DNA of 64,000 bases from Gemmatimonadota bacterium (GTDB lineage: Bacteria > Gemmatimonadota > Gemmatimonadetes > Palauibacterales > Palauibacteraceae): the NCBI GenBank assembly GCA_039588275.1, contig JBDHAC010000003.1:1-64000 (forward strand), written 5' to 3'. The stretch's first letter is position 1. Each line of letters begins with the position of its first letter. Both the position numbers and the translations under genes were made by a program. Under the pieces are notes generated by a model. It was given only the letters and a program-made list of their open reading frames with translations, ran no database searches and had not been told where the DNA came from. This document shows positions 1 through 10,207 of the stretch, one piece after another.

Positions 1-1
1 A

Positions 2-541
2 TTCTCCGTCTCCATGACGACGCGCTCGCCCCGACGAGCTGAGCGAGACGGCGAGGACTACCGCTTCGTGGATCGCGAGGAGTTCGAGGCCCGAATCGCG
101 GCGGGTGAAATGCTCGAGTTCGCCGAAGTGCACGGAGAGCTGTACGGGACGCCGCGGTCGAACCTCGACGAAGCTCGGGCGGCCGGCACCCATCTGCTGC
201 TGGACATCGATGTACAGGGGGCGCAGCAGGTGCGTCGAGCGGTGCCTGATGTCGTCTCGATCTTCATCCTCCCGCCTTCGGGAGAACGGGTGGTCGAACG
301 TCTGCGATCCCGGGCGAGCGAGACGGAAGGGGAGCTGCGTGCGAGGCTCGGTAACGCGGTGGCCGAGCTGGAGGCCGTCGCGGAGTTCGATTACGTGGTC
401 GTGAACGACGATCTGGAAGCCGCGATCGCCACGGTATCAGCGATCATTACGGCCGAAGAGCGAGCCGTGCGACAGCTGGCGGGAGGAGCGGTTTCACGCG
501 CGACGGACCTCCAGGGTGAAATCCGACGCGCTTTGGAGTAA
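2..541 (+). CDS. gmk: Guanylate kinase (5' truncated by the window edge)
   Basis: Motifs SVSxTTRxPR..E.DG.DY.F, EFAEVHG..YGT, LDIDVQGA and FDYVVVNDDL; frame open from position 2; precedes rpoZ-coaBC. Confidence 0.96.
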   Translation, partial: FSVSMTTRSPRRAERDGEDYRFVDREEFEARIAAGEMLEFAEVHGELYGTPRSNLDEARAAGTHLLLDIDVQGAQQVRRAVPDVVSIFILPPSGERVVERLRSRASETEGELRARLGNAVAELEAVAEFDYVVVNDDLEAAIATVSAIITAEERAVRQLAGGAVSRATDLQGEIRRALE

Positions 542-673
542 TATGAGGGTCTGACCCGTCAGCCGGCCGCGGAGCCCCGACGGACGCCGTCTCGCTCCGC
601 TTGCGGACGCGCCGCTCAGGAGTACGGGTACCAGACGACCGCGAACCGCACGCGACACGAAGGAACGAGACAT

Positions 674-889
674 ATGAAGGTGTTCACGCCGGAAGAGCTG
701 GCCGGCACCGCCAGCAACAAGTACCTGCGAGTGCTCGTCGCGGCCAAGTACGCCCGCGAGCTGAACGCGCTACCCCTGGAGCGCTCGCCCTACGGCCCCG
801 TCAAGCTGACGACGGTGTCGCTCGAGGCTCTTACCTCCGACATGCTGGAGTACCGCCTGGTCCGAAAGCGGGTCGGCCCGGCGGGCTGA
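674..889 (+). CDS. rpoZ: RNA polymerase omega subunit
   Basis: 71 aa with NKY..VLVAAK.AR.L motif; gmk-rpoZ-coaBC synteny. Confidence 0.9.
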   Translation: MKVFTPEELAGTASNKYLRVLVAAKYARELNALPLERSPYGPVKLTTVSLEALTSDMLEYRLVRKRVGPAG

Positions 890-914
890 CCCGCGCCTAG
901 CGGGAGCCGCGGCC

Positions 915-2114
915 ATGCGACCGTTTGACGGGCGCAGGATTCTCCTCGTCGTCTCTGGCGGGATCGCCGCGTACAAAAGCGCTTACCTGACTCGCCGTCT
1001 CATCGAGGCGGACGCCGTCGTTGACGTCGTTCTGACAGAAGGCGCACAACGTTTTATCGGGCGGACCACATTCGAGGGTCTCACGGGCAGGAGCGCGTAC
1101 TCGGATCTGTGGTCACGACCCATGGCGCACCTGGATCTGGGACGGGACGCCGATGTGGCGGTGGTGGCTCCGGCGACCGCCGACATCCTCTCGAAGCTCG
1201 CGCGGGGCGCCGCTGACGATCTGGCCACGGCCACCCTGCTCGCCGCCGCCTGTCCGGTGGTCGTGTGCCCGGCAATGAACACCCGGATGTGGGAGCACCC
1301 CGCGACGGTGAGGAACGTGGCGGCGCTGCGCGAGTTCGGCTACGAGCAGGTGGGCCCGGCGTTCGGCCAGCTCGCCGAAGGGGAAATCGGCGATGGCCGG
1401 ATGGCGGAGCCCGAGGAGATCGTCGCCGTGCTGGGCAGGATCCTGGAGCCGGATTCGAGCCTGACAGGTACCCGAGTCATCGTGACGGCCGGTCCGACGA
1501 GGGCTCCGTTGGATCCGGTGCGCTTCCTCGGGAACCGGTCCTCGGGGAGGATGGGCTTTGCGCTCGCTGCGGCCGCATGGCGCCGAGGTGCCGACGTCAC
1601 CGTGATCACCGGCCCCGGCCACGCGGTGCGCCCGCGCGGTCCGCGCGTCGTGGAGGTCGAGACCGCGCAGGAGATGCTGTCGGCGCTCGAGACCGAGCTG
1701 GAGGAGGCGACCGTCCTCCTGATGGCCGCCGCCGTCGCCGATTTCGAACCGGCATCCGTCGCGCCGTCGAAGATCAAGAAGGGCCCGGAGGGAGGGTTGG
1801 CCCTGGAGCTGGACAGGGCGCCCGATCTGCTGGCGTCGACTCGGGAAACCCGGAAGCGAGCCGGGATCCTCAGCGTCGGTTTCGCCTTGGAGACGGAGGA
1901 TGCGCTCGAGAACGGACGGGTGAAGCTGGAAGCCAAGGGCCTCGATTTCATCGCGATCAACGTGGCCGGAGAGCCGGGAGCCGGGTTCGATGTGGAAACC
2001 AACCGCGTCACGCTCCTGGATCGATCGGGTCACACGGAGGAGCTCCCGCTCATGTTGAAAGAAGAGCTGGCGGACCGTCTGCTGGATCGAGTCGAGGAGG
2101 TCTTGTCCGCGTGA
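915..2114 (+). CDS. coaBC: Bifunctional phosphopantothenoylcysteine decarboxylase/ligase
   Basis: Motifs SGGIAAYK, APATAD, PAMN..MW, TAGPT...DPVRF.GNRSSG.MG and GFALET. Confidence 0.97.
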   Translation: MRPFDGRRILLVVSGGIAAYKSAYLTRRLIEADAVVDVVLTEGAQRFIGRTTFEGLTGRSAYSDLWSRPMAHLDLGRDADVAVVAPATADILSKLARGAADDLATATLLAAACPVVVCPAMNTRMWEHPATVRNVAALREFGYEQVGPAFGQLAEGEIGDGRMAEPEEIVAVLGRILEPDSSLTGTRVIVTAGPTRAPLDPVRFLGNRSSGRMGFALAAAAWRRGADVTVITGPGHAVRPRGPRVVEVETAQEMLSALETELEEATVLLMAAAVADFEPASVAPSKIKKGPEGGLALELDRAPDLLASTRETRKRAGILSVGFALETEDALENGRVKLEAKGLDFIAINVAGEPGAGFDVETNRVTLLDRSGHTEELPLMLKEELADRLLDRVEEVLSA

Positions 2115-3070
2115 GCCGTTCCTCCGCCGATATTTCAGACCTGGCCCGACGCTACCTCGAGGGTATCGGGCGCCTGGGCGAGCGCAACCTCGTTCTCGAC
2201 CTTCCACGCGAGCAGGCAATCCGCATGGCCGGCGGGATCCATGCCGGTGTCGGCGGGCCCGGCGACGGTGCCCGGCATCGCGGCGAGCCGCCCGCGCAAG
2301 CCGATGCGCGGACAGGCGCGTCGAGCGGTGCCGACACCCGGCCGGGGGGGTGGGCCACGAGCGCTCCGTCCTACCCCGAGGAGGAGCTGAATCGCTTGGC
2401 CAGCGTGGGAGAGGCCGATGAGATCGGGGCGACGCCGGATCTCGCCACGCTACGCGCGATCGTCGAGCGGTGCAGCCGTTGTCTCCTGCACGAGACCCGG
2501 ACGAAGCCGGTGTTCGGCGAAGGGGATGACGCGGCACGCGTCGTATGCGTGGGCGAAGCCCCCGGTGCGGTCGAGGATGAGACCGGCCGACCGTTCGTGG
2601 GCCGGGCGGGCAAGTTGCTCGATCGGCTGTTGATGACGATCGGCTTGCCACGCGAGTCGGTGTTCATCTGCAACGTCCTGAAATCCAGGCCCCCCAACAA
2701 CAGGGATCCGCTCCCCGAGGAAGTCCAGGCTTGCTCGCCCTTCCTCCAACGACAACTGGAGCTGATCAATCCGGAGGTGATCGTGGCCTTCGGGGCGTTC
2801 GCGGCGCGCACCCTCCTCGAGTCGAAGGCGGCGCTGGGGAAGATGCGCGGCACCATCCACCGGTACGCCGGTTATCCGGTCGTGGTGACGTACCATCCCG
2901 CGGCTCTGCTCAGGAACCCGGGCTGGACGCGCGCCACTTGGGAAGACCTACAGCGGGTTCGTCGCATCCTGGACGGGGACGCGGACGGTATCTCCGCACC
3001 GGCCGTGAGCTCCGCGCGCCCGGATGATGTCCAGCCACGCGATCCCGTCCAACCAGAGATCTTTGGCTGA
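2111..3070 (+). CDS. Uracil-DNA glycosylase, family 4 (Fe-S)
   Basis: Motifs CxxCxL, VGEAPG..ED..GRPFVG.AG, NVLK.RPPNNR and TYHPAALLRNP; GTG start overlaps the coaBC stop (GTGA). Confidence 0.92.
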   Translation: MSRSSADISDLARRYLEGIGRLGERNLVLDLPREQAIRMAGGIHAGVGGPGDGARHRGEPPAQADARTGASSGADTRPGGWATSAPSYPEEELNRLASVGEADEIGATPDLATLRAIVERCSRCLLHETRTKPVFGEGDDAARVVCVGEAPGAVEDETGRPFVGRAGKLLDRLLMTIGLPRESVFICNVLKSRPPNNRDPLPEEVQACSPFLQRQLELINPEVIVAFGAFAARTLLESKAALGKMRGTIHRYAGYPVVVTYHPAALLRNPGWTRATWEDLQRVRRILDGDADGISAPAVSSARPDDVQPRDPVQPEIFG

Positions 3071-4451
3071 CTCCGCGCTGCCCCTGCCGGGGACGGATGC
3101 TTTCACGGGCCGCCAGGCACCCTGGTCGGAGGAGGCCGAGCTGTCGGTGCTGGGCGCGATGCTCATCGATGGCGATGCGGTCGCGGCGGCGATCGACCTC
3201 ATCGACGATTCCGCTTTTTACCGCGAGGCCAACCGACGCGTATTCCGCGCCATGGCTCGGATCTATAATCGCGGCGACGTGATCGACGCGGTGACGCTGA
3301 CCGACGAGCTCAAGACTGCCGGGGAGCTCGAGTCGGCGGGCGGGATGGCGTACCTGGCGCAGCTGGTCGACGCCGTTCCCACCGCGGCCAACATCGAATA
3401 CCACTGTCGAATCCTGCGCGACAAGGCGGTTCTCAGACGGCTCATAGAGTCCGCCACCGAAATCGTTCGGGACGCGTACGAGGCGGCCGGCGGAGAGGTG
3501 GAAGAGACGCTGGACCGGGCCGAGCAACGCGTCTTCGAGATCGCTCGGGCCCAGCAGCGGAGCGGATTCGTATGGATCAAGGAGATCCTGTGGCCCGCGT
3601 TCGAGCGAATCGAGCAGCTCCAGCGCACCCCGGGTGCGGTGACCGGCGTCCCGACGGGCTTTACGGATCTGGATCATATGACGGCCGGGCTCCAATCCTC
3701 CGACCTCATCGTGTTGGCCGGGCGTCCCTCGATGGGCAAGACCGCGCTCGCGTTGAACTTCGCTCAACACGCGGCGATCGAAGCCGAGGTTCCCGTCGCG
3801 GTCTTCTCGCTCGAGATGGCGAAGGAATCGCTCGTCCAGCGGCTGCTGTGCTCCGAGGGGCGGGTGGATTCGAGCCGGCTTCGGCGCGGGAGTCTGCACG
3901 ACGATGAATACCAGCGGTTGGCCACGGCGGCTGGACTCCTCAACACGGCGCCGATCTGGATCGACGATACGCCGGCCATCTCGGCGCTCGAGCTGCGCGC
4001 CAAAGCGCGGCGTCTCAGAGCCGAGGTGGAGCTCGGCCTCATCATCGTCGACTACCTGCAGCTCATGACGGGACCGCACCAGGCCGAGAACCGACAGCAG
4101 GAGATCAGTGCCATATCGCGCGCGCTCAAGGCGGTCGCCAAGGAGCTCGACGTGCCCATCCTCGCGCTGTCTCAGTTGTCGCGCGCACCCGAGCAACGAG
4201 CGGATCACCGTCCCGTGCTCGCGGATCTGCGCGAATCCGGTGCCATCGAGCAGGACGCAGACCTCGTTCTGTTCATCTATCGCGAGGAGATCTACAGGAG
4301 CCGCGACGAGATCCAGCAAGATCCGACGCTGGAGGGGAAGGCGGACCTGATCATCGGCAAACAACGCAACGGCCCGACGGGCGAGATCCCTCTCCACTTC
4401 CACAAGTCGTACACCCTGTTCGAGCCACGACCCCAGCGGGAGCCGTTCTGA
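3024..4451 (+). CDS. dnaB: Replicative DNA helicase
   Basis: Walker A AGRPSMGKT; motifs FSLEM, DYLQL, LSQLSR, DLRESGAIEQDAD and KQRNGPTG. Confidence 0.98.
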   Translation: MMSSHAIPSNQRSLADSALPLPGTDAFTGRQAPWSEEAELSVLGAMLIDGDAVAAAIDLIDDSAFYREANRRVFRAMARIYNRGDVIDAVTLTDELKTAGELESAGGMAYLAQLVDAVPTAANIEYHCRILRDKAVLRRLIESATEIVRDAYEAAGGEVEETLDRAEQRVFEIARAQQRSGFVWIKEILWPAFERIEQLQRTPGAVTGVPTGFTDLDHMTAGLQSSDLIVLAGRPSMGKTALALNFAQHAAIEAEVPVAVFSLEMAKESLVQRLLCSEGRVDSSRLRRGSLHDDEYQRLATAAGLLNTAPIWIDDTPAISALELRAKARRLRAEVELGLIIVDYLQLMTGPHQAENRQQEISAISRALKAVAKELDVPILALSQLSRAPEQRADHRPVLADLRESGAIEQDADLVLFIYREEIYRSRDEIQQDPTLEGKADLIIGKQRNGPTGEIPLHFHKSYTLFEPRPQREPF

Positions 4452-4466
4452 GGTGACCACGCGCCG

Positions 4467-5153
4467 GTGAGCGACCGGTCCGCGGCCGCCGTGATCGTCG
4501 CGGCCGGCCATGGTCTCAGGTTCGGCGGGTCGGAGCGGAAGCAGTACGCTTCGCTCGGTGGACTCCCGGTCCTACAGTGGTCCGTCCGCGCGTTCAGGGG
4601 CCACGACGCGATCGGGCACGTCGTAGTGGTGCTGCCCGCCGAGGACGTTGGCGACCCGCCCGCCTGGCTGGTCGGCGCCGACCACATCGTGGAGGGCGGC
4701 GATACCCGCGCTGCGTCCGTGGCCCGAGGGGTGGATGCGGTGCCCGGCGACGCGGATCGGATCCTCATCCACGACGGTGTGCGACCTTTCGCGTCCGCCG
4801 ACCTGATCGAGCGAGTGTGCGGAGCCGCGGCCCGTGGGCCGGTGGTCCCTGTCCTCCCTCTGAGCGACACGATCAAGGAGGTGAGCGGCGTGGGGCGGAT
4901 CGCGGGCACCCCGGATCGGTCGCGCATGTGCCGCGCTCAGACGCCCCAGGGGTTCCCGGGGGCCCTGTTCAGGAGGCTGTGCGCGGAGACGCCGCCGAGC
5001 GCCGACCTCACGGACGACGCGATGCTGTGCGAGCGTCATGGAATCGAGGTGGCTACCGTCGAGGGAGAGGCTCGAAACCTCAAGATCACGTCGAACGAGG
5101 ATCTCGCCTACGCGAACTGGCTGGTTGAGAGCGGGTTGATCGCGCCGCCGTGA
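4467..5153 (+). CDS. ispD: 2-C-methyl-D-erythritol 4-phosphate cytidylyltransferase
   Basis: Motifs AAG.G.RFG...KQY, GG.TR..SV, IHDG.RP, QTPQ.F, TDD and N.KIT. Confidence 0.95.
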   Translation: MSDRSAAAVIVAAGHGLRFGGSERKQYASLGGLPVLQWSVRAFRGHDAIGHVVVVLPAEDVGDPPAWLVGADHIVEGGDTRAASVARGVDAVPGDADRILIHDGVRPFASADLIERVCGAAARGPVVPVLPLSDTIKEVSGVGRIAGTPDRSRMCRAQTPQGFPGALFRRLCAETPPSADLTDDAMLCERHGIEVATVEGEARNLKITSNEDLAYANWLVESGLIAPP

Positions 5154-5788
5154 ACTATCGTGTGATCCGGATCGGACCCGACGGGCCGATAGCGGAGACG
5201 GCGCGCGACGCCGCGTCGCGCTTGCTCGCCGGCCAGCTGCTGATTCACCCGACCTCGACGCTGTATGGTCTGGGTGGACTGCCGGGGAGGGAACGGGACG
5301 ACGAGATCGATCGACTCAAGGGCAGGCCTCGGGGCAGCCCGCTGATCCACCTCGCCGCCAGCGAGGCCGCGCTCCGCCGGTCCCGACCAGAGTTGGAGTG
5401 GGGGAAAACCGCGGAACGGCTCGCGCGGGCGTTCTGGCCCGGCGCGCTGACGCTGGTGATGGACGATGGATCTTCCGACGGACTCGCGGTGAGGGTGGAC
5501 GCGCACCCGGTGGTTATCGCACTCCTGGAGGCCGCCGACAGCCTCATGACCTCGACCAGCCTGAATCGGTCCGGAGAGCCGCCGGCGTTGCGCTCGGATG
5601 AGGTGGCGACGGTCGCCGGGTCGCTGCAGGAAGCGCGAATGGAGGTGACCTTCCTGGACAGCGGGGATCTTCCGACGTCGCCTCCGTCGACGATCGTCTC
5701 GCTCCGGGGCGGCGGGACCCGAATCGTGCGAGAGGGGGCACTTTCCGTGAACCAGATCGAGGCGGCCCTGGAGAGAGGGCCTCGATGA
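5150..5788 (+). CDS. tsaC: L-threonylcarbamoyladenylate synthase (Sua5/YrdC family)
   Basis: Motifs PT.T.YGL, LKGRP...PL, FWPG.LT, STSLN.SG and PSTIV. Confidence 0.88.
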   Translation: MNYRVIRIGPDGPIAETARDAASRLLAGQLLIHPTSTLYGLGGLPGRERDDEIDRLKGRPRGSPLIHLAASEAALRRSRPELEWGKTAERLARAFWPGALTLVMDDGSSDGLAVRVDAHPVVIALLEAADSLMTSTSLNRSGEPPALRSDEVATVAGSLQEARMEVTFLDSGDLPTSPPSTIVSLRGGGTRIVREGALSVNQIEAALERGPR

Positions 5789-6270
5789 ACCCGGACCCGG
5801 CTGCCGCGCCGCGGAAGCTCCTGTTCGTCTGCTCCGGCAACACCTGCCGCAGTCCCTTGGCCGAGGCGATCGCTCGCGCCGAAGCGAACCGTCGCGGGCT
5901 CGGTGACGTCGAGTGCCTGTCAGCCGGCACCTTCGCCTGGGGCGGCCAGCCGGCGGCGGCGAACGGGATTCTGGTCGGGCGGGAGCGCGGTCTCGATCTG
6001 GAGGAACATCGATCGCGAGAGCTCGACCGGGGACTTCTGGCATGGGCGGATCTCGTATTGGCCATGGACGCGCCGCACGTCCAATCGGCTCGGCGGCTGA
6101 ATCCGACGGTCATGATCGAGCTGGTCACCGATTCGCTGCCGAGCGAGCACGCGGCCCACGGCCGATCGGTCGCCGATCCGATCGGCGGTGACCCGGACGT
6201 GTATCGGGCGACGTTCGAGCTGTTGGAGGAGGCGGTGCGAGGCCTGTTCGATCGGATCGCAGGCGAATGA
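5785..6270 (+). CDS. Low-molecular-weight protein phosphatase (YwlE-like arginine phosphatase)
   Basis: P-loop VCSGNTCRSP; SAG motif; catalytic DP loop (ADPIGG). Confidence 0.9.
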   Translation: MNPDPAAAPRKLLFVCSGNTCRSPLAEAIARAEANRRGLGDVECLSAGTFAWGGQPAAANGILVGRERGLDLEEHRSRELDRGLLAWADLVLAMDAPHVQSARRLNPTVMIELVTDSLPSEHAAHGRSVADPIGGDPDVYRATFELLEEAVRGLFDRIAGE

Positions 6271-7100
6271 GCCCGGTCGAGCCCCGGCGCTTCACCCTTC
6301 TCGGCGACCCCGTGGATCATTCCATCTCGCCCGAGATCTATACCGCGGCCTTCGAAGCGCTCGACCTGCGGGCGGCGTACTCGACACGGCGCACGAGCGT
6401 CGATGACTTGTCTCCGGTGCTGCGGGCCGCCGCGGACGGCGGTGGCGGCAACGTGACGCTCCCGCACAAGGAGCGAGTGGCCGATCTGCTCGACCTTTCG
6501 ACACCGGAGGTCGCGGCTACGGGGGCCTGCAACTGCTTCTGGCTGGACCGGCGATCCCGCCTCGCCGGAGACAACACCGACGTGGGCGGTTTTCTCGCCT
6601 CGCTCCCGACGATCGGGCTCACCAGTCTGGCGGGGGCGCGGGTGCTACTGCTGGGCGCCGGCGGCGGGGCGCGCGCGGTGTTGCATGCCTGCGCCCTGCA
6701 GCGCGCGGCCGAGGTCGACGTGTTGAACCGGAGCCGCGGGCGCGCCCTCGCCATGGTGTCGGCCCTGGGCCGCGACATCAGCGCGCGCGTGCTTCCGGAC
6801 TCCGATCACGTCGCGCCACCCTACGATCTGGTCGTCAACGCGACGAGCCTGGGCCTCCAGCCCGATGACCCGCTCCCTATCTCGCCTCCTGACAAGGGGA
6901 TGCGGGCCGCGATGGACCTCGTATACGCCAGGGGTGGCACCGCGTGGTCACGTGCGGCCGCGGAGCGTGGTGTGCCCTCGGCGGATGGTGTGGAGATGCT
7001 GGTTCAGCAGGCCGCGCTGTCATTGCGCAGGTGGTATCCGGAGGCGGATCCGCCGCTCGAGGTGATGCGGGCGGCGGCGCGGACCGCCGCTCACGCGTAG
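6267..7100 (+). CDS. aroE: Shikimate dehydrogenase
   Basis: Motifs G.PV.HS.SP, NVTLPHK, NTD..G, LGAGG.ARA, NAT..G, DLVY and G..ML..QA. Confidence 0.95.
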   Translation: MSPVEPRRFTLLGDPVDHSISPEIYTAAFEALDLRAAYSTRRTSVDDLSPVLRAAADGGGGNVTLPHKERVADLLDLSTPEVAATGACNCFWLDRRSRLAGDNTDVGGFLASLPTIGLTSLAGARVLLLGAGGGARAVLHACALQRAAEVDVLNRSRGRALAMVSALGRDISARVLPDSDHVAPPYDLVVNATSLGLQPDDPLPISPPDKGMRAAMDLVYARGGTAWSRAAAERGVPSADGVEMLVQQAALSLRRWYPEADPPLEVMRAAARTAAHA

Positions 7101-7123
7101 GCTCGGGAACGGACCGCCACCCG

Positions 7124-7849
7124 GTGCCCGGTCGCGCACCGCTGACTCAACGGAGTCGCGCGTGGCTGCGACGGACCTCACGCCGTGCGAGGCTCGCGCT
7201 CGATACGCTCGTACAGCGCCGTTGCGTAGTCTGCGGAAGAGGCACCGCGCCGGATCGACCCCCCGTGTGCGCGCTCTGCTGGCACCGACTCCCTCGGATA
7301 CCGAACCCTCGCTGTTCCCGCTGTGGAGAAGCGATCGCCCCGTTCGCGTTCCGTGGAGCGGCATCGCGACTGGTGAAGGCGCTCAAGTACGGGCGCTGGC
7401 GGACGCTCGCCGAGCCCATGGGTCGGAGCATGCGACCATCGACGGTCTCCCTCCTCGAGGAAAGCCGTTGCGAGCCGCTTCTCGTCCCGGTTCCGCTGAC
7501 CCCCGCTCGCGAGCGCGAACGGGGATTCAACCAGGCGACGCTCCTCGCGGAGGCGCTCGCTCGAGACCTCGACTGGCGATGTGCGGACCTGCTCGAGCGT
7601 CGGCCGGGAGGCCGCCGGCAGGCAAGGCTCACCCGTCACGCACGAAGCGAGAATGTTCGGGATGCGTTCCACGTTAGCCGCCCCGCGACCCCCGGGACGG
7701 AAGTGGTCCTGGTCGATGATGTTCTCACCACCGGAGCGACGGCGATGGCGTGCGCGACCGCCCTGGACGAGGCTGGATTCGGCCGCGTATCCGTGGTAAC
7801 CTTTGCCCGCACTCTCCGTGCGCCGGAGATCAAGCACGAAGAGGGTTGA
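7124..7849 (+). CDS. comF: ComF/GntX family phosphoribosyltransferase-like protein (start uncertain)
   Basis: N-terminal CxxC motifs; LKY, PVPL, RGFNQ and LVDDVLTTGAT. Confidence 0.85.
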   Translation: MPGRAPLTQRSRAWLRRTSRRARLALDTLVQRRCVVCGRGTAPDRPPVCALCWHRLPRIPNPRCSRCGEAIAPFAFRGAASRLVKALKYGRWRTLAEPMGRSMRPSTVSLLEESRCEPLLVPVPLTPARERERGFNQATLLAEALARDLDWRCADLLERRPGGRRQARLTRHARSENVRDAFHVSRPATPGTEVVLVDDVLTTGATAMACATALDEAGFGRVSVVTFARTLRAPEIKHEEG

Positions 7850-7926
7850 GGGCCGCGCGCAGCGGTTGGGGAACCGGATACACGCCCTCCCTCGAGACGT
7901 CTACATAAACCCGCGAGGAACGTCGC

Positions 7927-8952
7927 ATGGCAGTCAAGATCGCGATCAACGGATTCGGCAGGATCGGGCGACTCATGCTTCGGGCCGCACTGGATGGTGA
8001 ACAAGGCGACCTGGATTTCGTGGCGGTCAACGACATTACCGACAACAAGACCCTGGCCCACCTGTTCAAGTACGACTCTGTGCACCGCCGCTTCCCGGGT
8101 GACGTCCGGCTCGAAGGCGACGACATCGTCATCGGGGACGAGCGCGTCCGCGGGCTCTCGGAGAGGGACCCGGCGGCACTGCCCTGGCGAGAATTGGGCG
8201 TCGACGTCGTGATCGAGTCGACGGGGATATTCCGCGCGCGCGATGCCGCCGCCAAGCACCTGGAGGCGGGAGCGAAGAAGGTGATCATCAGCGCACCCGG
8301 CAAGGAGCCCGACGTGACTGTCGTCCTCGGCGTGAACGCCGAGGAGTACGACCCCGAGCATCACGATATCATCTCGAACGCGAGCTGCACGACCAACTGT
8401 ATCGCGCCGGTGGTGAAGGTGCTCCTGGACGAGTTCGGGTTCGAGCAGGGTCTGATGACGACCGTGCACGCGTATACCAACGGCCAGCAACTGCTGGACC
8501 TGCCGCACAAAGACCTTCGTCGGGCCCGCGCTGCGGGAATGTCGATCATCCCGACGACGACCGGGGCCGCCAAGGCCGTGGGGCTCGTGATCCCCGAGGT
8601 CCAGGGCAAGCTGGACGGGTTGGCGATGCGAGTTCCGACGCCGGACGTGTCGATCGTCGACCTCGTTGCGATGGTGTCGCGCGACACGACGGCGGATGAG
8701 CTGAACCAGGCGTTCCGGTCGGCCGCCGAAGGCCAGATGGCCGGCATCCTGGAGTTCACGGACGAGCCGCTCGTGTCGGTAGATTTCACCGGTCACCCCG
8801 CAAGCTCGATCGTCGACGGCCTCTCCACGTCCGTGATCGGTGGACGGATGGTCAAGGTGATGTCGTGGTACGACAACGAGTGGGGGTACGCCCAGCGATG
8901 CCTCGATCTGGCCCGGTTCGTGGGCGAGCGACTGCCAGCCGTGGCTTCCTAG
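7927..8952 (+). CDS. gap: Glyceraldehyde-3-phosphate dehydrogenase type I
   Basis: Motifs [28 protein letters not shown] and WYDNEWGY. Confidence 0.98.
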   Translation: MAVKIAINGFGRIGRLMLRAALDGEQGDLDFVAVNDITDNKTLAHLFKYDSVHRRFPGDVRLEGDDIVIGDERVRGLSERDPAALPWRELGVDVVIESTGIFRARDAAAKHLEAGAKKVIISAPGKEPDVTVVLGVNAEEYDPEHHDIISNASCTTNCIAPVVKVLLDEFGFEQGLMTTVHAYTNGQQLLDLPHKDLRRARAAGMSIIPTTTGAAKAVGLVIPEVQGKLDGLAMRVPTPDVSIVDLVAMVSRDTTADELNQAFRSAAEGQMAGILEFTDEPLVSVDFTGHPASSIVDGLSTSVIGGRMVKVMSWYDNEWGYAQRCLDLARFVGERLPAVAS

Positions 8953-8974
8953 CGGTTTTCTACGGAGGCCGATC

Positions 8975-10168
8975 ATGAAGCGCTCGCTTGGAGCCGTCCC
9001 GGCTCAAGAGCTGCACGGGCGCCGTGTGCTCGTGCGCGTGGACTACAATGTGCCGCTCAGAGATGGGCGTGTTACGGATAGCACACGGGTGGACGCCTCG
9101 CTTCCGACGCTGGAGCTTCTCATCGAGCGGAGGGCGCGTCCCGTTCTGCTCTCCCATTTGGGTCGTCCCAAGGGTGAGCCGCGACCCGAGATGTCGCTCG
9201 CTCCAGTAGCTGACCTCCTCGCCGAGCGGTTGGGACGCGAGGTCCGCTTCGTGGCGCCGTGCGATGGCTCGGGGGCGGTCGAGGCGTCACGCGCCCTGCC
9301 CGACGGCGTCACCCTGGTGCTCGAGAACACGCGCTTTCTCCCGGGCGAAACGGCCAACGATGCCGACCTGGCCCGCAGACTGGCATCGCTCGGAGACCTG
9401 TATGTCAGCGACGCGTTCGGGAGCCTCCACAGGACGCACGCCTCTACGGTCGGCGTGACGGAGTTCCTTCGCCCCGCCGTCACCGGCCTCTTGGTCGAGC
9501 GCGAGCTCCAGGCGCTCGGCCGGCTGCGGAGCGCGCCGGAGGCCCCGTTCCGGGTGGCTTTCGGCGGCGCGAAGATCAGCGGCAAGATCGAGCTGATCGA
9601 AGCACTGCTGGACCGGTCCGACCAGCTCCTGATCGGCGGCGCCATGGCGAACACGTTCATCAAGGCTCGGGGCGCCGGTACGGGCCAGTCGCTGGTCGAG
9701 GAGGATGCGCTGGACGTGGCGGAACGGACTCTGGCGCGAGGCGGGGACAGGATCCTGCTGCCGGAGGACGTGATCGTCACGGCCGACCCGGGGGAGCCGG
9801 AGAGCCCGGCGTGGGCCACGCCCGTGGACGAGATCCCGGAGGATGCCGCGGCCGTCGACATCGGCCCGCAGACGCGGTCCACCTACGCCGAGGCGATTCG
9901 CGGCTCACGAACGTTCTTCTGGAACGGTCCCATGGGAATGTTCGAGCAGGCCCGCTTCGCGGAGGGTACTTTCGCTCTCGCGCGCGCGGCCGCGGCTGCG
10001 ACACGCGATGGCGCGTTCACCGTGATCGGAGGCGGTGACTCGGCTAGCGCCGTACGCGCATCTGGGCTGATGGAGTCAGTGACGCATGTCTCGACGGGTG
10101 GAGGCGCCGCCCTCGAGTTTCTCGCAAAAGGAACGCTTCCGGGCGTGGAGGCGCTTGACGATGCGTAA
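8975..10168 (+). CDS. pgk: Phosphoglycerate kinase
   Basis: Motifs VRVDYNVP, SHLGRP, LENTRF, GGAK, WNGPMG.FE and STGGGA. Confidence 0.98.
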   Translation: MKRSLGAVPAQELHGRRVLVRVDYNVPLRDGRVTDSTRVDASLPTLELLIERRARPVLLSHLGRPKGEPRPEMSLAPVADLLAERLGREVRFVAPCDGSGAVEASRALPDGVTLVLENTRFLPGETANDADLARRLASLGDLYVSDAFGSLHRTHASTVGVTEFLRPAVTGLLVERELQALGRLRSAPEAPFRVAFGGAKISGKIELIEALLDRSDQLLIGGAMANTFIKARGAGTGQSLVEEDALDVAERTLARGGDRILLPEDVIVTADPGEPESPAWATPVDEIPEDAAAVDIGPQTRSTYAEAIRGSRTFFWNGPMGMFEQARFAEGTFALARAAAAATRDGAFTVIGGGDSASAVRASGLMESVTHVSTGGGAALEFLAKGTLPGVEALDDA

Positions 10169-10207
10169 CTCGCGCGGCGCCTACGTGAACGAGCGCCGGG
10201 AGGATTC

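Noticed and set aside
1265..2110. Long upstream in-frame extensions of UDG (likewise nuoA, carA, fabD, ndk, the LptA-like gene and nuoG)
   Set aside because: The extensions mostly overlap neighbouring genes and are Arg/Gly/Pro-rich noise; later starts with an RBS or stop-start overlap fit better.
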